From Mantamonas sphyraenae STR306 (taxonomy: Eukaryota > Protista > CRuMs), in assembly GCA_026936335.1 (NCBI GenBank), contig JAPMXV010000007.1:310001-374000 (forward strand): a DNA stretch of 64,000 nucleotides, given 5' to 3'. Every line of letters begins with the position of its first letter. The stretch's first letter is position 1. The position numbers and the translations under genes were made by a program. Shown one piece after another: positions 11,477-22,400 of this stretch. The notes below the pieces were generated by a model, which saw nothing but the letters and a program-made list of their open reading frames with translations, was not told the origin of the DNA and did not search any database.

Positions 11477-12931
11477 ATGAATTTGGAGGAGAGCACACAT
11501 GCAGAGAGGGAGGAAGAGGAGGAGGAGGAGGAGGAGGAGGAGGTGGAGATGAGTGAGGCAGTGAGAGAGAGTCTGGAACTGGGAGCAAAGCTGAAGGCAG
11601 CGGCAGCGGCCGGACGGACGGTGATGGCGGTGGATGCATTCCCGTACGACAGCGACGAGAGTGACGATAGCGAGACACGGGAACTGATGGCGGAGATCCG
11701 AGCAGCACGGGCACGTGCAGAGAAGAGGAAAATGGAGGAGGAACTGGCCAGGTTGGGTGTAAAGAGAGGTGGGGGTGAAGAGGAGGAAGAGGAGGAGGAG
11801 GAGGCAGGAGGAGGAGCCAAAGGCAATGTGTCGTACAGCGAAATTAGGAGCAAGAACGAAGGCGCAGCGGAGGTGATGGATGTGCCAGAGGTGGATCCGA
11901 CCGAGGTGGATGGGTTGGAGGAGGCTGGCAAGGTGGAGCAGGTGGTGGACAGGGTGGTGCTTGTGCGCAGCAACGCCAACGTGGACGAGGAGGCAGACGG
12001 GTCGGCACAAGCAAGTGGCAAGTTGCTGGACACAGGCAGTGTGCTGTTTCTGGAAACAAAGGCAGTGTTGGGTGTGGTGGACGAGGTGTTTGGGCCTCTG
12101 GCGGCACCGTTGTACTTGCTTCGGTTCAAGAGCAAGGCTGAGGCAGCCACAGTGGCGCCAGGGACAACCGTGTATGCATGGCCAGGCAGGATGAGCATGG
12201 TGGATGTGGCACAGGCACGTGCAGTCAAGGCAACAGACGCCAGCAACGAGTATGATGAGGAAGCGTCGGTGGCCTCCTCGGACGACGACGAGGGTGAGGT
12301 GGTGGAGCTGACACGGGACCAGGAGTCACGCAAGAGGGAACGGGAGGAGGAGGAAGAAGCAGACGGGGAGGGCAAGGAGGGCAAGGAGGGAAAGAGGCAA
12401 CGTGTGGGTGGAGGGAATGGCACGGGCCTCATGGCAGTTCCCGTGCACAAGGACAAGGGTAGCCAGGGTCACCAGGCACCGCCACAGCCACGTGGGAGAC
12501 AGACACAGACACAGACACAGACGCAGACACAAGCGCAGCAACATGGCCAGCAGCAGCATGGGCAGCATGGGCAGGGTCATGGGTTGTTGCCTCAGCCGGG
12601 ATTTGTACAGGGCTATGGGCCACAGCAGGGGATGATGGGTGGAGGACCACCGCCTCCACCACCACCCCCGATGGGCATAGGAATGATGGGTGGGTACCCT
12701 GGAATGGGCTACCCTGGCATGGGGATGGGAGGGATGGGGATGGGGATGGGGATGGGTGGCATGGGTGGCATGGGTGGCATGGGGATGTCGCCCATGCACA
12801 TGACACCCCAACAACGATACATGCAGATGCAAATGATGCAGCAGCAACAGCAGCAGCAGCAATGGATGGCACAGCAGCAATGGCTGGCCCAGCAGCAGCA
12901 GTGGCAAAACAATCAAGCAAAGAAACAATGA
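11477..12931 (+). CDS. NAF1: H/ACA RNP assembly factor NAF1
   Basis: Gar1/Naf1 domain (LLDTGSVLF...LGVVDEVFGPLAAPLYLLRF) followed by the NAF1-type TDASNEYDEE...SDDDE motif. Acidic N-terminus and P/G/M/Q-rich low-complexity tail. Confidence 0.88.
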   Translation: MNLEESTHAEREEEEEEEEEEEVEMSEAVRESLELGAKLKAAAAAGRTVMAVDAFPYDSDESDDSETRELMAEIRAARARAEKRKMEEELARLGVKRGGGEEEEEEEEEAGGGAKGNVSYSEIRSKNEGAAEVMDVPEVDPTEVDGLEEAGKVEQVVDRVVLVRSNANVDEEADGSAQASGKLLDTGSVLFLETKAVLGVVDEVFGPLAAPLYLLRFKSKAEAATVAPGTTVYAWPGRMSMVDVAQARAVKATDASNEYDEEASVASSDDDEGEVVELTRDQESRKREREEEEEADGEGKEGKEGKRQRVGGGNGTGLMAVPVHKDKGSQGHQAPPQPRGRQTQTQTQTQTQAQQHGQQQHGQHGQGHGLLPQPGFVQGYGPQQGMMGGGPPPPPPPPMGIGMMGGYPGMGYPGMGMGGMGMGMGMGGMGGMGGMGMSPMHMTPQQRYMQMQMMQQQQQQQQWMAQQQWLAQQQQWQNNQAKKQ

Positions 12932-12960
12932 AACACAATGACCATCGAATTGGCTACTCT

Positions 12961-14232
12961 TCACTCGGGTTTGGGTTTCTGCAGGATGTACAAGGGGCGG
13001 GAGTAGCCTGCAGTTTTGCCGACCACCTCGTCGTGTTGCTGGAGGACATTGAAGCCAAGGGTCTGTGTCAGATGCTCCAGAAACTGTTCAGGTTGGAATG
13101 TGATGGTTTCAAACACCTGTTGGATGTGTGCTGTAACCTTGGAGCGCTTCTGATAGCTGATCCAGGGCTGGGGTTCCAGCACAAAGATGCCACCTGGGGT
13201 CAACAAGTCGTGGACACAGGCAAAGAATGCACGCATCCCGTCGTCCCCGTGGTGCAAGTGGATCCACTTGGTGACACTAAAGGCGCTGATGGTGTCAAAC
13301 GTCCCCAACGACCCTTGTTCTACATCCATGATGTCCAGGCAACGGAAGTGAGTGTTCCATGGGAACTGCTTGGGCAACGAGTGTGGCCGTGGGTGTTCTG
13401 CTTGCAACAGGTCAATGTCGTGCTGCAGACTCCTTCGTTCTGCGCCGCGATCCTCGTCCATGGAGAACCCTGGAGGGGCGGTCAGGATCTTTGCCAGGTG
13501 CACCTTGGCCGACAGAGGGAGCTGCTCCATTGTGTCGTCCCATGGAAGTGGCAGGTATGTGGCAAAGGTGTTGTGCTTGTGTTTTGTGCTGTCGTCGCCA
13601 TCGCCATCGTCATCGTCATTGTCATCGTCATCATCGTCGTCTGTGTCTTTGTCTTCCTCGCTGCTGCTTAGCTTTTTCGAAGCCTGCACGAGGTGTGTGC
13701 GTAGCTGGGCCACTGCCTTGTCCACCAATGCCTGGTCAATATCCACACCAAGCATGTGCTTGGCCCCCATTTGTGCCATGTGCATGGTGAGCTTGCCTGC
13801 GTTGCAACCAATGTCCAGGCACCGGCGGCCTGCAAACCACTCCTGTTGCAGCAGCTTCAGACGTGGGTCCTCGTCCCGCAGTCGGTAGTACATTGGATAG
13901 TTGCCGTATTCAAACGTGCTGCTCTTTTTCTTGCCCCCCTTGCCCTTGTTCTTGGTTGTCGTTTTGTGTGTGGTGCTTGACGACGACAAAGACGACTGGT
14001 GATCAGCCTCTTCATCCGTCGTCACCCGCTGCCGCTTGCTTGCTGGCTCTTCTGTGCCCTGCTTTGCCTCCTCCTGTCCATCCCCTCCCTCACTGGGGCT
14101 GTTTCCTTCCTGTGCCTCGTCACCATCCGTGTCCACCACCTCCTCCTCGTTGCTCCTGGACCGCTTGCGTTTGTTGCCGCCACTCATTGCTGCTTTTCGC
14201 TGGTTTCCCCCTCGCATCGGCCAAGTTGCCAT
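12961..14232 (-). CDS. MEPCE: Bin3/MEPCE RNA methylphosphate capping enzyme
   Basis: FEYGNYPMYY, DPRL, CLDIGCNAG (SAM motif I), SVTKWIHLHHGDDG, PGGIFVLEPQPW. The start is either 14232 or 14187. Confidence 0.93.
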   Translation of the reverse strand: MATWPMRGGNQRKAAMSGGNKRKRSRSNEEEVVDTDGDEAQEGNSPSEGGDGQEEAKQGTEEPASKRQRVTTDEEADHQSSLSSSSTTHKTTTKNKGKGGKKKSSTFEYGNYPMYYRLRDEDPRLKLLQQEWFAGRRCLDIGCNAGKLTMHMAQMGAKHMLGVDIDQALVDKAVAQLRTHLVQASKKLSSSEEDKDTDDDDDDDNDDDDGDGDDSTKHKHNTFATYLPLPWDDTMEQLPLSAKVHLAKILTAPPGFSMDEDRGAERRSLQHDIDLLQAEHPRPHSLPKQFPWNTHFRCLDIMDVEQGSLGTFDTISAFSVTKWIHLHHGDDGMRAFFACVHDLLTPGGIFVLEPQPWISYQKRSKVTAHIQQVFETITFQPEQFLEHLTQTLGFNVLQQHDEVVGKTAGYSRPLYILQKPKPE

Positions 14233-14313
14233 CCTGCAATTGGGAGAACGAATGGCTGAATCCTACTCTGCGTATGTGATTGGGGTCGTTTCGAATCTGC
14301 AATTTCATTGGGA

Positions 14314-15496
14314 TCACAGCCAGCAGGGGCATTGCAGCAAGCCCTTCCACTGCTTCATCTGCAGCTTGGCAGACGAGAGCAAGGTGGCGAGCTCGGCAGC
14401 CAGACCCTTGTAAGCAGGGCTCTTGGTAGCCACGTTGGCAGTGCGTGCCAGAAGATGGTACAGGAGCTGCTTGTGGGAGCGGTAGCGCTTGCAGGTGTCC
14501 GGGGCCTGGCGCATAATGGCCTTGGCTGACGCCTGGCAGCAGCTGCAGCCCGGATGGTACCAGCTCTCGTGCTCTTTCTTGTTGTGTGCGTTCAGTGTCT
14601 TGTGGGCATCCTGTTGGGCGTCCACCTGCACGTCTTGCATCACCTGCTCGGCCTCCAGGTCCGGCGGGTTGCGAGCGTCGCTGGCCGTCGTGCGAGCCGC
14701 GTGCTCTTCCTCGGCCTTGAGGGCGTTCGAGTCGTGCAAAACCTTGGCGTCTGTGTACGTGTCCGGAACAATCTGCTTCACCTCCTTGTTCTGTGCGTGT
14801 GCGTGTGCGTGTGTGCGTATGTGTTTGTGTGTGTCAGCAACGCGGACGTCCAAATCCAGCGGCGTTCGAGAAAAAAACGGAAAAAGCCCTCCTGCGCGGG
14901 ACGGCGGCGGGTTTCGGGGCAAGTACACGCGCCAGGCAGAGGCCCAGTGATGGCAACAAAGGGGCGAAACGTTGGCCACTGCGTGTGGCAGTCCCTGTAC
15001 GTACCTGGTTAGGGTCAAAGGTGTCGTCATTGTGCACACGGGCGGCTGCAGCGTTCTCAGGGGCGTTTGCGCCCCGCCAGCAGCTGTTGCAGCCCATGGT
15101 CTGGGAATCGGCATACAGGCGCCAGTACAGGGCTGCAGTGCCCTTGTACAAACGGTACAGCTTGCGCGCCGTCTTGACATGCGTCAGCTGATCGGCGGGC
15201 GACTGCGGCGTCGGCTGCTCACGCAGCGCGTGCCAGTGCGACCATGCCACGTTGCGAGCTTGCAACAGGGATTGGCGAGTCCAAAACAGTTGGTTGCAGA
15301 TGGGACGGGCGCTTTTGAGCACCGACAGGTAGCAGTTGACGTTCGCTCGCACCTGCTCCTTCCTGCTCAAAGAACGCACCGCGCTGCCTCCAGCGCTTGC
15401 CTTGTGTGCATCCGTCGTGCTGCTGGCCTCGGCCCAATGGGCCAACTGGGCCACCAGCATCATCACACACAGTGTCACGACCAGTGTTCGTGCCAT
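14314..15496 (-). CDS. Unknown secreted cysteine-containing protein (~322 aa)
   Basis: Exons 15496-15005 and 14790-14314 (GTACGT donor, GCTGAC branch, CAG acceptor, phase 0). Clear signal peptide MARTLVVTLCVMMLVAQLAHWAEA. No family recognised. Confidence 0.75.
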
Positions 15497-15540
15497 TTTT
15501 GGATGGGGGGGGTGGCGCACCCGGGTCCCGGTGGTTGTGG

Positions 15541-15559
15541 AGAGAGAGAGCGAGCGAGC

Positions 15560-15590
<31 letters not shown>
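15541..15590. repeat. (GA)n microsatellite
   Basis: Near-perfect AG run just upstream of the secreted-protein start codon (CT-rich on its sense strand). Confidence 0.9.
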
Positions 15591-15592
<2 letters not shown>

Positions 15593-16043
15593 TGGGGGGC
15601 AATGGGAATGGATTTGATGTGCGTGTTGATGTGTGTCGCAGACGATGCGCCGGGCGAGGCAGTTCAAATTGCCGTGACGTCGCCACACCCACCCGTGTCC
15701 GTTTCACAACTTTACATTCTACATCCGCTTGCGACACCGCTTCCGAATCGATAGCACCCAATTCCAGGGATCACACCGACTCGGATCAGCAACAGCCCAC
15801 TCGGCGGAAGCAAAAACCAACCCCACACGGGACGAATTTAGCGGAAAACCAACCCACGCGGAACTCGATGCGCAGGTGAACAGCCAGTTCTGCGAGCCAC
15901 CGGACGGCACACACACACACGCCGCCCGACATGGGCATGCATGTCGCGTGTGTCGTCCGCGGCTCCACACATCATAGTACATTCAACAGCAAGAAGAAAG
16001 AAGAAAACCAAGAGCAACTCCAAGAAGAGCAAGTTTCCAAGAA

Positions 16044-18947
16044 ATGACCCACCACGCAAGCCACGCACAGGTGGACCAAGACGCCTCCACGACAGGCAAA
16101 TGGATGTGGGAGGGCCAGCACACCATCAACAACAACGCCTCCCACCATCAAGTGTACTCCAAGGAGCAACACACAAGCACTAGCAGTGCACGAAGCAGCA
16201 GCAGCAGCAGCAGCAGCAGTACGCACCACCGCCATCACCACGGCTCAAGCAGCAGCACACATGAAGAATTGCACCTGGGCTCCATCATCACCAACATCGA
16301 GCCCACCCATCACATGCACTGGACCAAGCAGCAACTGGACCGCGTCGCACCAGCCAACCACGCGCTGGAACTCGTGCGCGTGGACGAGTCCAACGACCTG
16401 CTGGTCACCCCCACAGGAGGGGATGTGACCCTGGCCCTGGGCAGCATTCCAGATGCAACATGTGCCTATCTGGCACCTCTCATGGACGTGGGCATGGTCT
16501 GCGTGCACGCAGTACGCATCCAACTCGAGGAAGAGCGCCTCATGTCTGACTCTGAACTGGACCACACGCACGCAAGTGCAGCAGACACAGACATGGACGG
16601 CCTGGGGCTGCTGTCCAGCGCAGAGGACCGCGACGTGGATGACATCTTCACGTTGGCCCTGCCCGATCTTCCGGGACTGGACTTTGACGTGGAGATGGAG
16701 CACCAGGCCATGGCGGCACAGCTGGAACAAGATCCTGTGCGCCACCTCTACCTTATGCTCAACATCCATCTGCTGGCCACAGCCCAGTCGAACAAGATCA
16801 AACAGCTTGCCACCCAGTTTTCCATGCTCATGCGCGTCCTCAAGGAAGACCCCGAGTCTCTGGTGGCCACTCAAGGCACCGCAGCAATGGCCGAGTGGAT
16901 GCGCACCAAGCAACTCGAGCGCATCACCGCCATGCAGCACTCGCGCAAGCGCAAGGCACCCGAACCGGAGCAGGTGCCACAACCTCAATTTCATCAACAT
17001 CAACATCAACAACAACATCAACCCAGCACTGTACATACGACCGCATCATCATCATCATCCTCCTCCTCCTCCTCCTCCTCTTCCTCCTCTCACGTCGCCC
17101 AGCCTGCGCCAAAACGGTTGCGTGTTGAAGGAACCGATGGTTCCTACGGCCAGGGTTCTCTCAACGCTTTCTACGAGGCGCTGAAACCGCAGTCGCTGGC
17201 CAGCATGGATGCAAGCTCCAAACTGACTGTGTCGCTTCGCAGCTACCAGAAGCAAGCGCTGGCGTGGATGGTGGAGCGCGAAACGACGCGCAAGTCGCCC
17301 ATCTGGCAGGAAGAGCGCATGGGAGACACCCTGTGCTACTACAACGTCATTTCGCAGCAGTACGTGTATACAAAACCCACCGTGCTGCAGGCACACAGCA
17401 TGCCTCGCGGAGGTATCCTGGCTGACGAGATGGGCATGGGCAAGACGGTGGAGTTGCTGGCGCTCATTGCAAGCAACCCAGCACCCAGCAACCTGTCGTG
17501 CAAAACGACGCTGGTGGTGTGTCCCCTGTCCACACTGCAGCAGTGGCAGCAGGAGCTGCAGGACAAGACCACAGGGCTGTCCTACTACTGTTTCCACGGA
17601 GAGACCCGCAGCAGGGACGCGGCCTACCTCATGTCCATGGATGTGGTGTTTACCACATACAACACGGTGGCTGTCGAGTGTGGCGGCGGTGGCGGTGGCG
17701 GACGCAAATCCAGCAAAGGCAAGGGTGGCGCGTTTGCAGGCCGTTCTCCGCTTCTGTCCATCAACTGGTATCGCATCGTGCTGGACGAGGCACACACCAT
17801 CAAAGACCGCACCACAAAGACAGCGCGTGCCATGTACACCATGAGTGCGCACGTGCGCTGGTGTGTGACCGGTACGCCGATCCAGAACCGCCTCGACGAT
17901 CTGTTTTCGTTGATGCACTTTCTGCGTTTCGGCGAGCATTCCTGGCTCATCCAGACTGTCAAGAAGCCCATCAAGAACAACGACGATCGCGGGTGGGACC
18001 GTTTGCGCAAGGTGCTCTCTCAGATCATGCTGCGTCGCACCAAGGACTCACGCCAGGATGGCATGGAGAACATTGTCAGCAAGCGCGACCGCCTCGTGCT
18101 CCTTGACTTTTCGCAGGAGGAGCGCGCCTTTTATGACGCCATCTACACCCAATCCAAGAGTGCCTTTGACGCGCTTGCTCGCCAAGGCACTGTGCTTCGC
18201 AACTACAACCACGTGCTGGAGCTTCTGTTGCGCCTGCGTCAGATCTGTGATCATCCGCGCCTGATGACGGATGGTCTGCAGCGCAAGCAGGAGAAGGCCA
18301 GCAGCAGTGACAACACGTTCATGGGTGTAAACGCACACGACGGCATGGACCTGGAGGAGGCGGGTCATTCTGCACCCATGTTCTCTGCGTGGCAGAGCAG
18401 CACCAAGATCCGCGCGCTGATGGACAGCTTGGTGGAAGTGCGTGCGGAATGCGGCACGCAGGAGAAGGTGGTTGTGTTTAGCAACTGGACGTCGATGCTG
18501 GACCTGCTGGAGGAGGCGATGGCCAGCCACGGGTTTGCGTTTGCACGCCTTGATGGCACGCAAAAGGCACACATCCGACAGGAGCAGCTGGACAGGTTTC
18601 GAAACGACGACGAGTGCATGGTGTTGCTCATCTCACTGAAGGCAGGTGGCCAGGGCCTCAACCTGGAGGTGGCCAACCACGTGTACTTGATGGAGCCCTG
18701 GTGGAACCCAGGAGTCGAAGAGCAGGCTGCCGATCGCGTGCACCGCCTGACGCAGACAAAGCCTGTACATGTCACACGCTACGCCATGCGCCGATCCGTA
18801 GAGATGCAGATTCTTCGCAAGCAGAACAGCAAAAATCAGCTTGTCAGCGGCGTGTTCGGCACCGCCAACAGCAAGGAGGAGGAGCGTGAGAGCCGCGTTC
18901 GCGACCTTGCCAGCTTGTTTGACACGGAAGAGGGGGATGAAGAGTGA
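16044..18947 (+). CDS. SNF2-family helicase, RAD5/HLTF-like (HIRAN-like N-terminus, no RING)
   Basis: LRSYQKQALAWM, GGILADEMGMGKT, TTLVVCP, RIVLDEAH, WCVTGTPIQN, LLRLRQICDHP, SSTKI, KVVVFSNW, LISLKAGGQGLNL, EPWWNP, QAADRVHRL. HIRAN-like LGSIP...YLAPLMDVG near 16440-16500. Confidence 0.92.
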   Translation: MTHHASHAQVDQDASTTGKWMWEGQHTINNNASHHQVYSKEQHTSTSSARSSSSSSSSSTHHRHHHGSSSSTHEELHLGSIITNIEPTHHMHWTKQQLDRVAPANHALELVRVDESNDLLVTPTGGDVTLALGSIPDATCAYLAPLMDVGMVCVHAVRIQLEEERLMSDSELDHTHASAADTDMDGLGLLSSAEDRDVDDIFTLALPDLPGLDFDVEMEHQAMAAQLEQDPVRHLYLMLNIHLLATAQSNKIKQLATQFSMLMRVLKEDPESLVATQGTAAMAEWMRTKQLERITAMQHSRKRKAPEPEQVPQPQFHQHQHQQQHQPSTVHTTASSSSSSSSSSSSSSSHVAQPAPKRLRVEGTDGSYGQGSLNAFYEALKPQSLASMDASSKLTVSLRSYQKQALAWMVERETTRKSPIWQEERMGDTLCYYNVISQQYVYTKPTVLQAHSMPRGGILADEMGMGKTVELLALIASNPAPSNLSCKTTLVVCPLSTLQQWQQELQDKTTGLSYYCFHGETRSRDAAYLMSMDVVFTTYNTVAVECGGGGGGGRKSSKGKGGAFAGRSPLLSINWYRIVLDEAHTIKDRTTKTARAMYTMSAHVRWCVTGTPIQNRLDDLFSLMHFLRFGEHSWLIQTVKKPIKNNDDRGWDRLRKVLSQIMLRRTKDSRQDGMENIVSKRDRLVLLDFSQEERAFYDAIYTQSKSAFDALARQGTVLRNYNHVLELLLRLRQICDHPRLMTDGLQRKQEKASSSDNTFMGVNAHDGMDLEEAGHSAPMFSAWQSSTKIRALMDSLVEVRAECGTQEKVVVFSNWTSMLDLLEEAMASHGFAFARLDGTQKAHIRQEQLDRFRNDDECMVLLISLKAGGQGLNLEVANHVYLMEPWWNPGVEEQAADRVHRLTQTKPVHVTRYAMRRSVEMQILRKQNSKNQLVSGVFGTANSKEEERESRVRDLASLFDTEEGDEE

Positions 18948-19420
18948 ATTGGACGCCACGAATGGACACCAGGCCAACGGCACCCTTGGGGCGGAGGTTT
19001 CCCAGGTCGCAAACGAGTTTTGCATCGTGCTCGTTGTAATGTCGATCGGACGGGAGAGTGGAGCACACCATGTGGCAAACTCGTGGTGGTAGTCTTGGAC
19101 ACTGCGCAGACAGCATGCAGCGTGTGGTTGGTGTGGAGACGTTTCCAAATGCGCTGCGCAACAACGGCCAAGAATCCCCATTGGCAGAAACTTCGCCCGC
19201 ACGAGCACATTTCTTCGTGTCCTGTTCTACCCATCGAACGGCGAAACAGCAAGTGGCCAGTGACACGCACTTCAGACACCGTTTGGATCCCTGTGCGTGA
19301 CACACACACCAGTCTGTGCTCGAGGCTCGTTTCCAACACTTCTGGAAAACTTTTGCCTTTTGCTTCTGGCCCTTTTTTTCTCGCTCAACCCTCTCGCAAG
19401 CTTTACGGCACACAACGAGC

Positions 19421-22400
19421 ATGGAACCTGAGGAGAACGACGTGTGGGACAATGTGTATGATCCAGCAGTGAGTCCGGGCGGCTTGTCCGATCCGATGGC
19501 GGCCTCATACCGAAGCGGCAGCGACGAGGGAGTATTCTACAAGAGGCAGCCCGCACGGCGTAGTGTTTCGCACGACGACGAGAGCCCTGTGAGTCGTCAG
19601 CGGCGGAAAGCAGCCGAATCGACGGAACATCGCCGTGTGTACGAACAGCCTTATCAGAGGGCTGCCACGAGCCTGGACGAAGATTTGCAGGAGCTCCAAG
19701 CATTAGGCGGTCCCACGCCAACCACGCCGCTGGCTCAAAGCTCGCACACTATGATCAATGTGGTGGGAGGTACGCAGCGAGGCATGCGCCTGCTCCAGCC
19801 ACTCGACGACATGCAGCTTCCCTTTCACAACATCGAGACGGTGCGCTCTATGTTGGACTTTGCGGACGAGGTGACGCTTTGGGAAGGGTTGCCTTACACA
19901 GAAAGCGGCCTGCTCACGCTGGCCCTGGTGTTCTACCACGTGGGTATGAGCATCCAGTATTTCCACTTCCATTTCCATTCTAGCAACATGGTCAAGGAGG
20001 AGCTGAACCGGTACGGGTGCACGGAAGGGTATCTGGAGGTGATCTGCAACGCAATCCATGCCTGCAGCCAGCCCATGGAGCCGCAAAACGTCCTGGAGCG
20101 CATCATGTGCGACGCCCTCCATTTTTACATCACATCGGATGACTACATTCGCTACTTGGCCCTCCAGTACGAGGAGATGGTGAAGGTGAGCGCCACCAAG
20201 GATACGGGGCTGAGAACGAGTTCTTCCTCCTCGTCAGCTTCGAGTTCGTCGTCTTCGTCGTCGTCGTCGTCCACGGGCGAGGGGGAGACGACAGAGGGCA
20301 AAAAGAGCTCAAAACACATTGAACCGACAACCATTACAGCGTCGCAATGGTTCCATTCGCAGCTGGTACAACTGGTCAAGCACCAGTGGTACACGATCTC
20401 CGCGGACCGGATCCACACGGCGCGCAAACGCAAAAGCCTGACCAAACTGAAGATGGCACTGGCAGAGGTGGCCAAAATGGAGGAGGAACCCACGGTGGAG
20501 GATTTCATCAGACTGGAACAGACCTTCAACAGGAACTGGGACAAGGCGGAGGAGAGCAACTCGGATTTGTTCTCGTTGTCGACGCAGACCCTGGTGGAGA
20601 AGCACCTACGCCAACAAGAAGAAAGACACAGCAGCTCGTCGGACGAACTGGACATTGACGAGGAAGAGGAGCAGCATTCAAACGCAAGCAGCCTGGAGGA
20701 ACAGAGGCCCGAGTCGAATGTGGGTGTGCACGAGCCCATGAGCAACACGGGCACAGCCACAGGCACAGGAGGTATGGGCAAGTCGGGCAGCAACGTGACC
20801 AGCGACAATGCGTTTGGCCACTCGACAAGCTTCTCCACAGACGGTGGGCAGGAGGAGGCATTGCAGATGACCATGTCTCAGGCGGCCCTGGTCAGCCCTC
20901 AATTCCAACCGGGCTTTCCTGCGCGCCAACCACCTCCATTTTCGCCCAAGAAGTATACGTCTGGGTCGTCGTCGATGTCGCCGCTGCCCAACCTGGGTGG
21001 ATCTGGGCCGCGTGAGCGAAAGGTGAAGGGTCGTTCGACGCCGCAGCCTGCGTCGGAGCGTGGACGTTGGAAACAGAACGCGCGCAAGACGAGTCTGAAC
21101 ACGACACCCAGCACACAGAATCTGGAAGCGGTGAAGAACACGCTGGCGGTGTGGGGTGGTGGCCCAGGCGCTCACTCTGTGACGATGCTTGTGTTGCGCA
21201 ACCGCGCGCAGGAGGAGGACGAGGCCACGCTGGCCGACGTAAACAACCCAAATGGTGGGGAGCAGCAGTGGAACAGCCAGGGCAACCTTGACATGGCGGG
21301 GGGTGTGAACGCAACCGAGGCAGCTGCTGCGGGAGTGGGACATGCAAGCAACACCTCTCCATCAAACACCCTGGCGTCTGCAGAGGGCAGTGTGCCAGGT
21401 GCAAGGTCAACGAACGATGTGTATGTAAATGGAACCGTGCATGGAGCGGCTAAGAACCAGGTTCAGCGGATGCTGAACGATTTGGAGGACGATGGGTCGC
21501 TGTCGTCTCCGAGCACCAGTGGAAGCGGCAGCGATTCGGACAAGGGCCTACTGGCGACGAAACGGAAACAAGCGGTGGGGGCGATGAAGAGTGCGTGGAC
21601 AAAGCTGGTGAACGGGAGCGGAGCGAGGAACGAGATCGCGCTGCGAATGACAAAGTCGCTGCCGGATGGTGGGGATGGAGGTCGTGCCAAAGACAAGCAG
21701 CGCAGCAGCACGAAGGATCGACGCAAGAGAGGAGAGGACGAGCGTGCTGAGGAGATGGAGGAGCTGAGGGCGCGTATGGCGGAACGGGGCGAGCGCAACA
21801 CGATGCCCGACGGGTGGCTGAACGGCGGGACGCGAAAGAGATCGCCTCTGGTCAAGTCTGCGAGCTCGCCCAACATGGAGGTGGACAGCGATTCGGGTGG
21901 GTCGTCGAGTGGAAGTGGAAGCAGCAAGGAGGTGCTGGTACGCTCGGCGTGGTGGAAGCGTGCACGCAGGATGTTCAACAAGAAGCGTGTGGCAGCAAAG
22001 GTGGAGCGCAAGACGATGCATGCGGAGCAGCAGTTGTCGGAACGGATGACAGAGCTGGCGAGGATGCAGGAGGAACAGGCCCGGCGAACAAACGTGGACA
22101 GCACACGAGCGTCGCCGCCAGGGGCCGAATCACGTAACAACAGTTTGGTGGCGGATCAGCTGCGCAAGGCGGCGCAGCAGTTGAGTGCGGAGCAGGCTGA
22201 GGCGGAGCGTTTGGGAATGACGACGACGACGACGACAACGACGACGACGACAACGACAACGACAACGACTGCGGATGGGCGTTCTGGAGCGACCAACACG
22301 ATGATCAAGTCGGAGTCCAACTCGTCGGGCAACTCGGGAGACCATTCGTCGTCGTCGTCGGATTCGCAGTTTGGGTCGATGGAACGGGGCGTGCTGAGCA

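Noticed and set aside
9422-12010. 862-aa ORF as full-length MPP-alpha, and GTG/TTG starts for the HYDIN and coiled-coil ORFs in the track
   Set aside because: The extensions are intron or antisense sequence; spliced models with ATG starts explain the homology better.
15657-15675. GGCAGTTCAAATTGCC, resembling a tRNA T-arm or B-box
   Set aside because: Stem and loop geometry is off by one, and no acceptor, D or anticodon arms can be built.
18948-19420. 473-bp spacer with several short ORFs as a possible hidden gene or ncRNA
   Set aside because: No ORF has recognisable motifs or codon bias, and I could not see an RNA family signature; left unannotated.
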